From Tubiluchus corallicola (Eukaryota > Animalia > Priapulida): a DNA stretch of 64,000 nucleotides. This document shows, in pieces, positions 29,801-41,971 of this stretch. The notes beneath the pieces are model-generated. The model was not told the DNA's origin. It made no database searches and saw only the letters and a list, made by a program, of their open reading frames with translations. Both the position numbers and the translations under genes were made by a program. The stretch lies in the NCBI GenBank assembly GCA_030141605.1, contig JAQGDQ010000208.1:1-64000 (forward strand), given 5' to 3'. Every line of letters begins with the position of its first letter. Position 1 is the stretch's first letter.

Positions 29801-32800
29801 TGAAACCCAAGTTGTTACCATTAATTTTAGCCATCTCTGGTTTTTTGGCTTCCTTGCGACTGAGGCCAGTCAGCGAACAGACTAATGTCATTATTAAGTG
29901 ACCTGTGGCTAGACAAACCTCTTCATTGTTCTTCGTTAGCTGATACTGCAGTCGTGGTGCGCCAACAAGACTGAGAATTGCTACAGCCTGTAATGAATGT
30001 ACACAATGTAGCCTGTAACGAATGTACACATTATTATACAAATATATTATACAAAGTATTTAGTACAATTCACTGCTCACAATAGCAAACAGTTCCTCTT
30101 ACGCTTTGCCAATCCAACAACCAACAAAACCTTGCATACAAGTAATTTAGTAAATACAATTAAGGTCCCAAGTCAAACTTTATAGCTTATCACACATTTA
30201 CACAAGTATCGATAGGATATACTGAAAATTTCTTTTTCATTCCGTGAGTAAATTAAAAACAATCTTTTTCTACCTGATTATCAGAATGCAGTTTTGCAAA
30301 TATAAAACATCATGACCAAAACTGACAAAACAAAATTCTACTCTCCAACAGGATTCCATAACAGTAACACTTGGTATGCCTGAAAACCTGCGCAAACTTT
30401 AAGCACAATGTCAGAATCAGAGAAAGTTGGTTTCACAAAATAACGACGACAAATTACGCTGTTTGAGACTTTGCACGAATTAAAAATGTACCTGTTCTTC
30501 GCCACATCCTGCCATACCTCCTATTGCTCTGAGAGCAGCTAGCACATATTCCTCTTCTTTAGATTCTAAAACGGGTAATAATTTCTGAACACCACCACCC
30601 TGAAAAGATGACTAACATTAGGAACATTTCTAAACAGGATAGGCACATGCTGTATATCAGTCTCACAAACAGTTTAAGTAGATGTAACTCAAATCGTGAA
30701 ACAGCCATATTAGCAAATGGAAATGAAAAGATTTTTTGACCTGTTTCATGAACATCGAACTCAAACGCAGGAGCAAATGCACAACAGATTAATGCCAGCC
30801 GATACACCATATTAGATATCAGAAACCCTCGAAATTTAGCAAAATTCCAATATTTCTCAATAAATAGAATTTCTTTAAAATCTGTCGATTTTTATCAGCT
30901 TAAACTTTCAATAGTTAAGGTTATAAAGCTAGAAAGTGGGAAATATCTTAGAAACAGGAAAAAGTCTAATTACTAGAAAACACTCATTTTATGTTTAACA
31001 GTTAAACAAACTGGCCGTAAGAACTACTTTGATGGGTGAAACACTTTGGAAATTGGTTGTTTTCAAGTTATTAAGTTGTGTTTCATTAGTATGCTTGTAT
31101 TTTTGAAGTACATGTACTATATTAAAATTTCAAATTCGGAACTTAAAATGCAAATCAGTTCTTTTTCCTACAGAGGGACCTGGAACTGAAACTGGTTTCT
31201 TGTCTAATTTATTAATGAAGACACTGGAGTGCTAGACTATGCTACTGTGTTGGGAATTTTAATACTGAAAATGAAGATTAAATGTTGTCATGTGACTCAT
31301 ATAGGCCACTAATGACAACCTACTTAATAATGAATTTTACCAAAATACTTTGAAACGTAGAGTGAGTTACCAGTAATAAATTATTGCTATGCACCTCTTA
31401 CAAACTGCTCTACAAGTTTGCAAATGTGTAACAACGACTGAGCACTACAAATTTTTTCATATAAAATATACCCTGATATTAGATTTTTTTGCAGTATTGG
31501 ATTGTACTAAATTGGTGCCCAAGAGTAAATATCGCTATCATATTGGATAGGAAAAAAACAATATCGAACCCTATAACAGCTATATGTAGTTTGTCTCGCA
31601 GGCTTTAGTGACTGCACTCTTTTGCTGCAGCATGTTTTGTCCAGATAAATCATCAGACATCAATTTGTCTTATCAGTACAAACTTCAATAGAATGAAAAG
31701 CTACAAGTGCAACATTACAAAACTTACATTAAACAAGTTAGAGAATAACAAAAAAAAGACCTGAAACAATTGAGCTGGGCAATCTCTGCCAAGGACGACC
31801 AGGTTGTTAGCAGCGTTCGATCGCTTTTCGGCATCGGCATTTTGATCAAAAAAAGCATTGAACATCTGAGTGACTTTAGCATTTGTGCTATCCCTCTCCT
31901 TCGCCTAAAAGGAATATTGTACAAATCTAGCTCAAAATAGTTACAATACTTTAATGATGATAAATAAGAAGAACAAAAAAATCATGGCATGTATTTTAAC
32001 ACAATTTTTACAAACAAAGAAAACCTTATGCTTACACAAAAGGAATCAGGTACAATATCCAGAATGCATAATGCATTACTGAGCACTCAATGCATCCGTA
32101 TTATTGAGCAATTTAACTAGAAGAACTATAGCTACAGAATAAATAAGGTAGTACGAATAAATATTAGTAACACAAGTCAGATAAATAAGTGCATTGAAAA
32201 CAAAATAATGACTTTTACCTATAACACAGGAAAACACAATGCATTCCAAATGTCAGGTAAATGCCCTCAACAGTTTCCGGGAAACTGACAATGCCAAGCA
32301 CAACATAATGGCACATGTACAAAAATGATATTTATTTTACATTTTGGCAGTTTGCTTCATTATACAGAGTCAAAGTTGCAATCATTGGTTTCGATAGCAC
32401 AAATGTAGTATAACCAAAGTCATTGAACTAGAAAAATGAGAGTTTCTGGTCCTTTCCACGTGTCAAAGTGTTTAATGGTTATCAAATCCTGTGCATGCCT
32501 ATCAAAATACTTATTAGAAATATATATGCACTGTGGCTCTTTAAGTTTCATTTTTTCTTCTCTCTTATTACATTTACTAAGCAATACTTGTCTTAGTTAC
32601 CATGTGCTGAATTTTTTCACTAAGCCGTTTAAGAATAGGTAAAACAGCCTTGTTTTTTGGATCAAAATGAACAACGTTTCTTGCGTCTTTGAAAGCTAGC
32701 TCGGTTTTCCCTAGCTGTTCCAATGCCTGTGCCCGGCGAAATAAAGCTTTAGTGTCTGTAGGAGAAATCTCCAGTGCTGAAAAGACAATAAATGTAACAA

Positions 32801-33605
32801 ACAATACATGTTTGTAAGTAGAATAGTTTAAATCAACTTAAAGGAACAGATAGATAGCTTGATTGGCTTAGCGATGGAAGGTAACCAATACCGTGCCAGG
32901 TCAAAAAATGGAAGGGTGTCTGACAGCGGTTTGATGTCATACTACAGGCAACCATTTTTTCTAATTCAGGAAGGCTGCAACTGCATTCAAATGTAATTAA
33001 GACACCTCTGTTGGTCCAGGGTGGCTTTAGAGAATTCTTACTAGTAGTAAGCTAGACTCCAGTCTCGCCACAAATATTTACATTACACAGCTTTACCGTT
33101 GGGTGCCGCTGAGTACCAGCGTGCAGAGTGCCAAACCATATAAAAAGCATTCTATACCAAAAAACAGCAAAATAAGTTTAAACTAGTTAACACCAACGGT
33201 TTCATTGTTTCAGCCATTAACACATGGAGAAATTTAATTAAAAAGCAAATTATCTATAAAGCCAATCCAGTAAATGAATGTAAACTGTTACTATAATTAT
33301 AAATTATTACTGTTAACTGATACAGAAAGCTCATTCAGTTAAGCTCTATGTTCAGTGGTGTATGAATATGAACGAATGTCTCATGAAAGCTTACCTTTTG
33401 TAGCATCATCATTTGCTCTTTCCCAATTTTCCAATTTCAGCTGGCACGCAGCTCGATTTTTATAATACACAGCTTGATCTGTTTTGTTTTCAGGAGATTC
33501 TAATTTGAGAGCTTTTGTATAACAGACGATGGCATTAGCATAATCACCAGCCTGGAACAGCTTGTTACCCTCTTCCTTTTGTTGCTGAGCTTCCGTTGTC
33601 GTCAT
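14823..33605 (-). CDS. unc-45: UNC-45 myosin chaperone (TPR + central ARM + UCS domain), 923 aa, 21 coding exons
   Basis: Exons 5'->3': 33605-33395, 32776-32601, 31904-31761, 30599-30492, 29987-29819, 27934-27773, 27645-27477, 26753-26681, 24519-24427, 23919-23785, 23263-23169, 22734-22593, 22200-22060, 21112-20997, 20016-19950, 19833-19720, 19158-19043, 18529-18412, 18072-17917, 15520-15398, 14966-14823 (2772 nt, phases consistent). [39 protein letters not shown] motifs [56 protein letters not shown]. An acceptor at 33662-33663 implies an upstream non-coding exon. Confidence 0.96.
17667..18371. repeat. ~172-bp direct duplication in two consecutive UNC-45 introns (17667-17838 and 18199-18371)
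   Basis: Both copies run atgca.gtg.tttt.gca.agttaacaacttggcacag ... catttgcttctatatct.aaatggat.tagtgtgaaatgctactaaaa, with scattered substitutions. Confidence 0.92.
24700..26420 (+). mobile_element. Decayed 5'-truncated CR1/L2-like non-LTR retrotransposon in a UNC-45 intron (antisense to the gene)
   Basis: RT remnants [37 protein letters not shown] and GSILGP, with many stops and frameshifts. AATAAA-containing 3' end near 26400. Confidence 0.75.
28397..29323. mobile_element. Tc1/mariner (pogo/Tigger-like) MITE, 927 bp
   Basis: 26-bp TIRs CAGTAGTCGCCACTTAATA(A/G)ACTCAC with 1 mismatch. TA TSD at 28395-28396 and 29324-29325. Confidence 0.92.
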
Positions 33606-33914
33606 TATGAAAGTGGATATGGTTACAAAAAGAAATCAGCAGCTAGGAACTTGGTTAATATCTGAAAATAGTAAAAAATAGGATAAAAGAAATCAGCTGT
33701 GGTAAAAATATATTGTAAGTTTTATGAGCAAAAACTTGAAAGAAAAAATAATAATTTTAATAACTTTCATTAAATCAACTTGCGAAAAGTAATACACTGG
33801 TAGCAACTCAAGTTTTCCGAAAGCTCAACCATAACCTTATTGCTAGATCTCATAACTTTTTTAAATTACAGTTGACAAATGATAAATATCTAGATAACAA
33901 AGTAGGCATAATTA

Positions 33915-34250
33915 TTAAACTGCCTTTTTATGGGCCATCCAGAGCTTTTTGAAAATTGTTTTAACAGTGTTTGGTCTCCATGTCAGGTGCAAATTTCATT
34001 TCCGGTGGTAGAGCATTCCATTAGAGAATTGTGCATGGATAGAGAGACTGTTTATAACAGTCCTTATCTGCCTGCTTACAGTATTTCTTAATTTAGGCTA
34101 GAATTTGAAAGAGTGTTTGGCTGACATGGGTTCATGCGTAAGTCACCAAACTGATTTACTTTGGTTGTACCCATGTGTCTCTTTATAGACAATAACAAGA
34201 GGAAAATTTACTCTTCTTGGTGCTAAAGCTGTTAATGTACTCCTAATAGA
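33915..34250 (-). mobile_element. Short 3' fragment of a CR1-like LINE
   Basis: Minus-strand translation YKQSLYPCTIL*WNALPPEM resembles the conserved CR1/L2 ORF2 C-terminus (SFFPRTIxxWNxLP). Confidence 0.55.
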
Positions 34251-34299
34251 TAATACTAAAATTGAACTGGCATTCACAAAATTTTACCAAAAGTTACTA

Positions 34300-36310
34300 T
34301 ACAGTGAAACAGAGTCGCCCATGGAAGAGTTACCCAAACAATTAAAGATGTTGAAATGATCAACGAACTTAAAAAAGGGTAATATAGAACCGATTATGGT
34401 TGAAGAAATTGGAAAGGTAGTGAAACAGTTACATTTGTGGAAAGCAGTTGATAATCAAGGCTGGGAAAATGAGATGTTGAAGTTTGTGGGCAGTAATTTA
34501 TTACAAAGTGTAAAATGATGCCGAATGAAATTTTATTTCAGGAAATTATACCAGAAGAATAGATGAGTATAACTGTGAAATCAATCTAAAAGAAAAAAGG
34601 TGGCAGAAGTGAATTAAAAAATAGAAGAGGCATATTCTTACAAGTAATATTTCAAAATTGTTTGAAAGAGTGATTTTGAAGCGAAATGAAGACATGATAA
34701 CTCAAAAAATATCAGAAAGTTAATGTAGGGGCAAAAAAGGTAGCAGTATTGTAGATCATCTGTTTATTCTATATAGGTATACAGAATGTAGCCTATATCA
34801 TGGAAAACCAGTTAAGTTAGTTTTTATGGATGTGAAGAAGTGTTTTGACAAATTATTGCTAGAAGACTGTTTAGCAGATCTGTGTACCCTTGGATTACAA
34901 GAAAAGTATATCAGCATATTGTCTAAAATGAACAAGTTTGCAGATATAGTTGATACACCGGTGGGAATAACGGATAAATTTCAAGTTGGAAAGTTAATCT
35001 GACAAGGAACAATATGGGGACCTATTATGTGTTGTGTAAATTTAGGTAAATTAAGTAAAAGTAGTCAACGAAATAGAGTGCTATTTAATAGTGAAGTTGG
35101 TATAACCCCTAGAATATATGTTTATGACATATTAGGACTAGGTGATGAAAATACCATTAGTCAAGTTGTGTCAACCTATAGAAGGCTAGAAGACTTAAAA
35201 AAAGATGACATTTAGCAAATCAAAATCACAATATACGACAGTGAACGAAGTTAAAGAAACACACAAGATGGAAAAAATGATTTGTTTGTAAGAAGTGGTT
35301 TTCTAGAAGAAGTTTGTCAATATAAATATGTAAGAGACTATGTTACAGAAAAAGGAGATCACTCTTGCAGCATAAGTAAAAGAGGAGAAGAAGTAGCGTA
35401 TATGAAGAGAGAATTGATGTAATGGAGTAATGAAAGAGAAGTTGGTACAGAGTGTATGAGAATAAGAATTCTTTTGTTTGAATCAGTAGTGCTACCATCA
35501 TTAATACATAACACTGAAGTTTAGGGCCACGTAAATGAAGCACAGTGGGATGAAATGGAAAGATGGCAGAAAGAAATGACATGTGCAATCTTAAACCAAA
35601 TGAGTTCTACAAGTTACTGGGGCACTATCATGATATCAAGCTTTTGGCCCTTAAGACAAATACATTCTAAACAATTAATGTTATTGGGAATGTTGTGCAT
35701 CTCCGAGGAAGAAAGAGATGTAAAAAAAGTATTTTGGCAATGTTGGAAGAGGAAATTCCTGGAAGTTGGACTGAAAACATAAAAGAAACAGCAGAGTTGT
35801 ATGAAATAGATATAAATGGGGAGAGATTAAAACAGATAACCAAATCTGAATGGAAGTGAGAAATAAAAGTAGCTATTAGTAAATATTTGGAGTACTATAT
35901 TGCTAAAGAGAAGTGTCAGAAAATTAAAAAACTGAGATTTATGGAAAATGCTACAAAAAAGTGGAATAATCCAGTGTCGGCAGTGGATTATGTAATTTAA
36001 GTGTAACCAAAAAACACTATGAAATAACAGAGTGGAAATTGAATACGATTAAAGTGAGGACAAATATCAAAAGTAAGTTTAACAATGATCTGAAATGTCC
36101 TTTGTCTAAAATTCACGATGATACAACGGAACACTTACTAATGTGTGAGAAAGCTATAATACTAATAGTATAAAGTCTATTAAAAACATTGTGAGAAGAT
36201 ATGGAGGTTGATATAAAAACATTTGAAAAACAGAACCAATTGATCAATACCAGGATACAGAAAGTAATGAATGTTAGACAGAAAATGGGTTTAGAAATAG
36301 AAATTTAATA
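34300..36310 (+). mobile_element. Decayed non-LTR retrotransposon (RT + C-terminal Cys/His knuckle), copy A
   Basis: EEIGKVVKQL..KAVD..GWENEMLK, KKKG..ELKNRRGIF, IVDHLF, FMDVKKCFDKL, QGTIWGPIMC, IYVYDI, and C-terminal CPL..DDTTEHLLMC. Many stops and frameshifts. Confidence 0.88.
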
Positions 36311-36399
36311 TCATAATGTCTACACTAGGTTGTGGGTACAGCGCGTTAAATGTAGAATTTTTGGCTCGCTATTATTAGTATTAGGACTTTCACTGTAGT

Positions 36400-36640
36400 A
36401 GAGAGGCCAATGTGAACCGCCTGTCGAATCAGTTTAAATACATAAAACTCAAGTTTCAAAATAAATAATTAAAATAACAATATATTACACTGTCACAAAT
36501 ACACACAAACCATCAAAAATACGCTCCAGAAAATTCGGGATAAATTACACAGCGGCAACGCACGTGCAATAACATGCCCATATTTAGGATTAGCATGCAG
36601 TGTGCCACCTTTTGGGGATTATAATAACTATCAATTATTG
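36400..36640. promoter_or_regulatory. Non-TE island between the two LINEs with HSE-, E-box- and CTCF-like motifs (candidate UNC-45/NDUFS6 promoter remnant)
   Basis: CCAGAAAATTCGGG (36526-36539) fits CnnGAAnnTTCnnG. CACGTG at 36561-36566. Minus-strand CCAAAAGGTGGCAC at 36602-36615. Confidence 0.3.
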
Positions 36641-38236
36641 ACAAATTGGAAACGACTTTAGGAAGACACCAATGTGGTAGAATATCTAATCGAAGTACTG
36701 CTGATCACCTATTCACTATTAGGGCAATTTTAAACTATAATAAATATTCAAACAATGATATTTACATGACATTTTTTGATATAGAAAAATGCTTCGATAA
36801 GCTTTGGTTTAAAGATGCTGTAGCTGAAATGTGGCATTTAGGGATGCCAGCACACATTTGTGAATTAATTTCCAATTTGAATGAGGTAGCATATGCTGTT
36901 ATTGGCACACCAGTTGGTATCACTAAGGAAATTAAAATAAAGGAATCTGTTAGGCAGGGAACTGTTTTAGCTCCGCTTTTGTGCTGTGTAACAGTAAATA
37001 AAATAAATTCTCTTGAAAAAAACAAAAACAATAATAACTCCTGAGCTTGAAATCTGTATATAGATGATATTTTAGAGATAGGAAATGAAAATACAATTAG
37101 AAGAATGATTAAAAATTGCAGGAAAACAGAAGAATTAAAAAGAATAAAGTTCAGTGTCAAAAAAACGCAGTCAATGCGAACAAAGATGACTAGAAAGAAA
37201 AGAATTCCCCCAATAAAAGAAAAAATTAGCAAAGGAGAAATTGGAGAAACACAAAGCTATAAATACCTTGGTGATTGGCTAAATGACGAAAACACCTATT
37301 AGACGTTAATTGAAAAGTGAAAAGAGCAGAACAAATTCAAACTTAGCTATATTAACTCCTTGACAAATATTAATAATGCAGGAATAATGTCAGAAGAAAT
37401 AAAACTAAAACTTTATCAATCACTTGCAATATCATCTTTAATTTATAATACCTTAACTTGGTCAAACATGAAAAGAAATGAGTATGAAGAATTGGAAAGT
37501 GTTCAAGGTAAGCCAATAAGAATTATGTTGAGAATAGATAAAACTACAAGTTACTGGGGGTTAATATCAAAATTGGGAATTTGGCCAATTGAAGAACGTA
37601 TTTGGTACAAAAAATTTATGTTTTATAGAACTCTTTTAATATTAGGAAGTGAAAGGTTAGCCAGCAAAGTTGTAGCACAGCAAATTAAATACAGGAATGA
37701 TGATAATTGGTATAATGAAATCGAAAAAATGGCAAACATTTATGGAATTAATATCGACAAGGAATACGTGAAAAGTCAAAAGAAATCATAGTGGAAAAAA
37801 TACATAAAATTTAAAATAACATCTGCGATACAAGACAAATGCAGTAAAAAATATAAATAAGAGCTCAAAATTAAGATTTTTGGAAAGCAATAAAGGGGAA
37901 CAGAAGGATTATTTTACAAAATTCAGTCACGCAGAAGTTAAAAATATTTTGAACTTAAGATTTAATATGGTCAGAGTGAAAGCAAACTTTAAGGGTTCAT
38001 TTATAAGAAAATTAATATGTCCCATGTGTGATAGTGAATTAGACACAACAGAACATTTATTTACTTGTAGCAAATGTAAAAGGATTAGAGAAAATCTACG
38101 TGAAGTCTCAACGGAAGAAGTTATAAGCTGTTGTAGTGAAAATTTGTTGAAAGCATCCAAATATGTCAATGATTGTTTGTTTTATAGGAAAAGCATTTTG
38201 AAGGAAGTTGGTGAAGTAAATTTTGAAGAAGAATGA
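36630..38236 (+). mobile_element. 5'-truncated non-LTR retrotransposon (RT + C-terminal Cys/His knuckle), copy B
   Basis: QCGRISNRSTADHLFTIRAI, FFDIEKCFDKLW, VRQGTVLAPLLC, YIDDIL, YKYLGDW, CPMCDSELDTTEHLFTC. Broken by several in-frame stops and a frameshift. Confidence 0.92.
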
Positions 38237-38380
38237 AGGTGCTAAAGTGTTGAAGAACCCCTGCAGTCGATTTCATCGTATGCCCATACAAGTGGAGAGG
38301 GGTGAGAGAAACCACGAAACCACGAATTATTTTAATTTTGCACATAGGGAGCGCTACTACTGCGTTATTGTATAGCAAAG

Positions 38381-41300
38381 ATGGCGTTGATTTGTAGCAA
38401 AATTCACCCTAAAAACATTAAACTTTTATGTTTTAGTAAACAAATTTATTGCAACAGCAGTTCTTTTATTACAGTGTGTAACAGGTGGTCATCAAGTGAA
38501 ACAGATCATGCAAAAGATGTGATACGAGCAGATCCTGATGATACTCAAATTCACACTGGACAGGTCGTTTCATCATAATTAATAAAATCGGTTTTGGTTT
38601 ATTATATACAATGCTAATGTGTTCATGTATATACAGAACTATACCTAGCAATACAAAAAATAAGTTATAAATAATCAGCACATGAGGACACATCACCAAG
38701 TCAACACTATAAGAGAAGTTGTGCTGTGTTGAGTACTTAATTATTTAAATCAATAAAGCATTAAATGTCATGATTTAATACAAGAAAAGATAATTTTGAA
38801 AGAAGATGAACACAGAAATAACTGAATGGATTGCAAATGAGAATGAAAAAACAATTAAATTTTATAATTATAAATTTGCTAAAAACAATTTCTGTTACCA
38901 TCGTTAGTAGTTTTACTTTACTCTTTAGTATGTCTCTGCTAGATCTGTTATGAATTCTTATCCCTGTATTATCTTTGCTCCTGTGTGTCATTATGTTCCT
39001 AAATATAGACCAACACCGTGATCACTCGGTTTATTTCCCCATCTCACCTGCACGAAACATTTTAAAGTGCTGTGGTTTTTATAGATCTGTGATGTAAATT
39101 TCAGCCTGCATGGAGATTTTTCTAGTAAATTCCTGACGTTTTCTGCAGCTGGGTTGCTGCCATTAAGCCCGACAGTAACTTAACAGTTTCTGTATCAATA
39201 CTACTCTGCCATCAGAAATGACTCGTATACACCATTTGCTCATCACCAGATAAGGTTGTTAAAAAAACGTCTCTCAAACCGAATAAAAAAATTAATAATA
39301 ATATAACGCAGACACCTTCAGTTTGCGACTCTGCGTTTTAGGCTTTTCCAGCCCTTAACTCCTCAATCAGTGTTATGCATGAATATTAAATTTGTAAAAT
39401 TACCGGTCTTACGTTCTTACATAAAAGAAAAAGACGCCCTCCTGCAGTTTACTGTCAGATGAGTAACAGGAACCATTACTTGTGAGGTCTAGAGTATTTT
39501 GTAATTTTAGTTTTGCTTTATTGCATATAAATGCCACACGTATATACTTTCGAGACTCGAAAATTCGAGAGCAAGGTTAGAATTTCAACAAGAATCCGTA
39601 AATCCTGTGACACAAAGGTTCCCCTATTAACCTCCACTGAATTCACATAAAAATTAAATTAAAAAATAAGTTTTTGACTGAGTGCCACTATATCTAATAA
39701 ATATAAACACCATCAGTATGTCATAGAGCACTGCCATTTTCTGCAATATATACGTGTGGCATTTATATGGGATTAAGCAAAACAAAACTTTCGAGACTCG
39801 AAAATTTAAGAGTACAGTACAGTTTAGCCATGTTCTCGAACTCTCGAAATTTGTCGCGAGGTTCGAATTCTCGCACACACAAAATTTGTCCTGAGGTTCG
39901 AGTTCTCGCACACTGCTACGCTATAGATTCAGAAACGGTCACTGATGGTACTAAATTAATTATGTACACATTGTATGATACTTACACATTCTTAGGTGTA
40001 ATCCTGTGTTATTAAAGCTATGTAAGCACTTAAAAGTTGTTGTTAATTTCATCTGATGACTAATTTTTACGTAAACACAGTTAAATACAATGCTAGAATA
40101 GCAGAACTTCTGAGCAAACAGTGGAAGTTTAGTTACATGTACCTTCATGGTGTTCACACCGTCCACCAGCTTACATCATTTTTTCCAAATATACCCACAG
40201 CGAGGTTCATTTGGTGGGAGATAAGAAATATTTAAATTTCTTTTGCATTATTAAGCAAGGCATTTTATGCTCATATATTGTGGGGTAATATCAATTCAGA
40301 ATATACAAAATATATGCAAAATACACAATATTTTTAATTGTACATTAAAATACAATGAATGTTGTTTGAGTGTTGGTTTTTCCTTTAAAGAACACATTTA
40401 AAATAATGCTATTAGAGCACACTAAAATTACTCAATTAAGAATGTGAAAAGATATATCACTTTTAAGTGAAAGTGATAAAACAAAATTTCAGAACTATTT
40501 AACAGAGAGTTTCTGCTATAGTCAAATACTAAGAAAATCTGATTCTGAAATGGTTGTGACTACATTTACAGGTAGAGTCACACCCAGTACATTTCGCTAC
40601 AGTCCTTTACACTACGGGCAAATTTTTGAAAAATTTGGATCGTTTAAATTCTTTAAACATTACAAAACAAGATAAAACACACAATTACAAACTAAAGTAC
40701 ATGTGCTGGTGCTACCCGGCTGGAAATCATACAGAAATTGTTGACGCTGACTATAGAAAAATCTACAATCAGCTTGTGATTGTAGAATGCGCTATACAGT
40801 ACAAAGGATTCTAGTCTACGATTACTGCCATGATAGGATGTTGTCAGTTCTGTTTCCACAATCATAAAAAAATGTTCTGTGATTGTAGTGGAAATTCTCT
40901 AATATGTACAGTTGTCAAGTAGGTAAGAAGTTACTATGTATATACAACTGCAAGTACTTGCTGTAAGTGTGATGTCTTTCCTAATGTGTATGTTTTTGCA
41001 GAAATGGAACAGTGATGACTACAGAATGGCAAGGTTTGCATTCAATCCCAAACAAGTGAATAGCAGCTGGGCCATTGACTTAATAAAGCAAGTTGCTCCT
41101 AAACCAACCAAAGACAGAATAGTTTGGTGTAATGGTGGAGGTGGGGCATTGGGACATCCCAAAGTTTTCATAAATTTGGTTAGTATTTATGAACAGCGTT
41201 AATTACCTTCTCACAAAATTTGATATGGCATGATGTTTGAGGTGTGTTTTAACTAAGACAAGATGGTTAATTTTTATGCATCTCACTGTAATTATAAAAG

Positions 41301-41971
41301 ATAGGCTACACCACTTATTAAAACTTTTCTCTTATTCTGCAAAGCCTGTTTGCCTTAATTTATTAACTAGTGCTTTCATAACTTAAAAAGTTTCCTTATG
41401 GTGTACTACCAAATTTCTGCTTTGTTTGTACTAGATTTAATTGGTTGTCTTTGTAAAAATTTATTCAACATTTGGCGCTCCATGTAAGAAGTCGGGTAAA
41501 TAACATGCACTCAACTTAATCAAGTTTCTGTGACAACCCTAGTTAATGTAACTTAGTATAATTAGCAGCTGGTGCAAATCAAATCTCATGCTGTTAAAAA
41601 AGATTGAATTCGAAATATTATGTCCAATTGCAATAATTTGTACTTTCAGTTCATCATATATAAAATTTCAGGCATGTTCAAATTAAAATGCAAGGATGAC
41701 AGACTTGAGCTTTTTCACAAACTTCTAACATGTCATCAGAACAGAATTTAATGGAAAATGTTTATAATTTACTGTTATTGCTTAATCACACTAGGTTATA
41801 GTCATCTTATGCAGGGTAGTGATACTATATGAATTATTGCACCATTTCAATATAAATGCTTTTCTAATTTTCCATTCAATTATTTTTTGCAATAATCCTT
41901 TTTAGGATCAGCCAGGGGACCATACATGTGGTTACTGTGGGCTCAGGTTTTACAAAGAAGATCATCACTAG
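38381..41971 (+). CDS. NDUFS6: NADH:ubiquinone oxidoreductase subunit S6 (13 kDa zinc-finger subunit of complex I), 141 aa
   Basis: Exons 38381-38563, 41002-41178 and 41906-41971 (phase 0). Presequence-like N-terminus, IHTGQ|KWNSDDYRMARF, WAIDLI, VWCNGGGGALGHPKVFINL|DQPGDHTCGYCGLRF (zf-CHCC). Confidence 0.95.
39510..39915. promoter_or_regulatory. Duplicated TATA-like/heat-shock-element module inside NDUFS6 intron 1
   Basis: 37-bp inverted repeat 39510-39546 / 39747-39783 (34/37 identical). 27-bp direct repeat 39547-39573 / 39788-39814 containing the perfect CTnGAAnnTTCnAG box CTCGAAAATTCGAG (39556-39569). Further TTCtcGAA at 39833-39840 and a 35-bp two-copy repeat at 39847-39913. Confidence 0.55.

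Noticed and set aside
36762-37232. 156-aa hydrophobic minus-strand ORF resembling a membrane protein
   Set aside because: It is the antisense shadow of the A-rich LINE RT region.
34300-38236. The two LINE remnants as a recent tandem duplication or a domesticated RT gene
   Set aside because: They are too divergent from each other at the nucleotide level, and both are broken by multiple stops and frameshifts.
40712-40922. Hairpin ATCTACAATCAGCTTGTGATTGTAGA and a related nearby palindrome as a possible structured ncRNA
   Set aside because: There is no recognisable RNA family motif. It is more likely internal repeats of a small MITE, whose ends I could not define.
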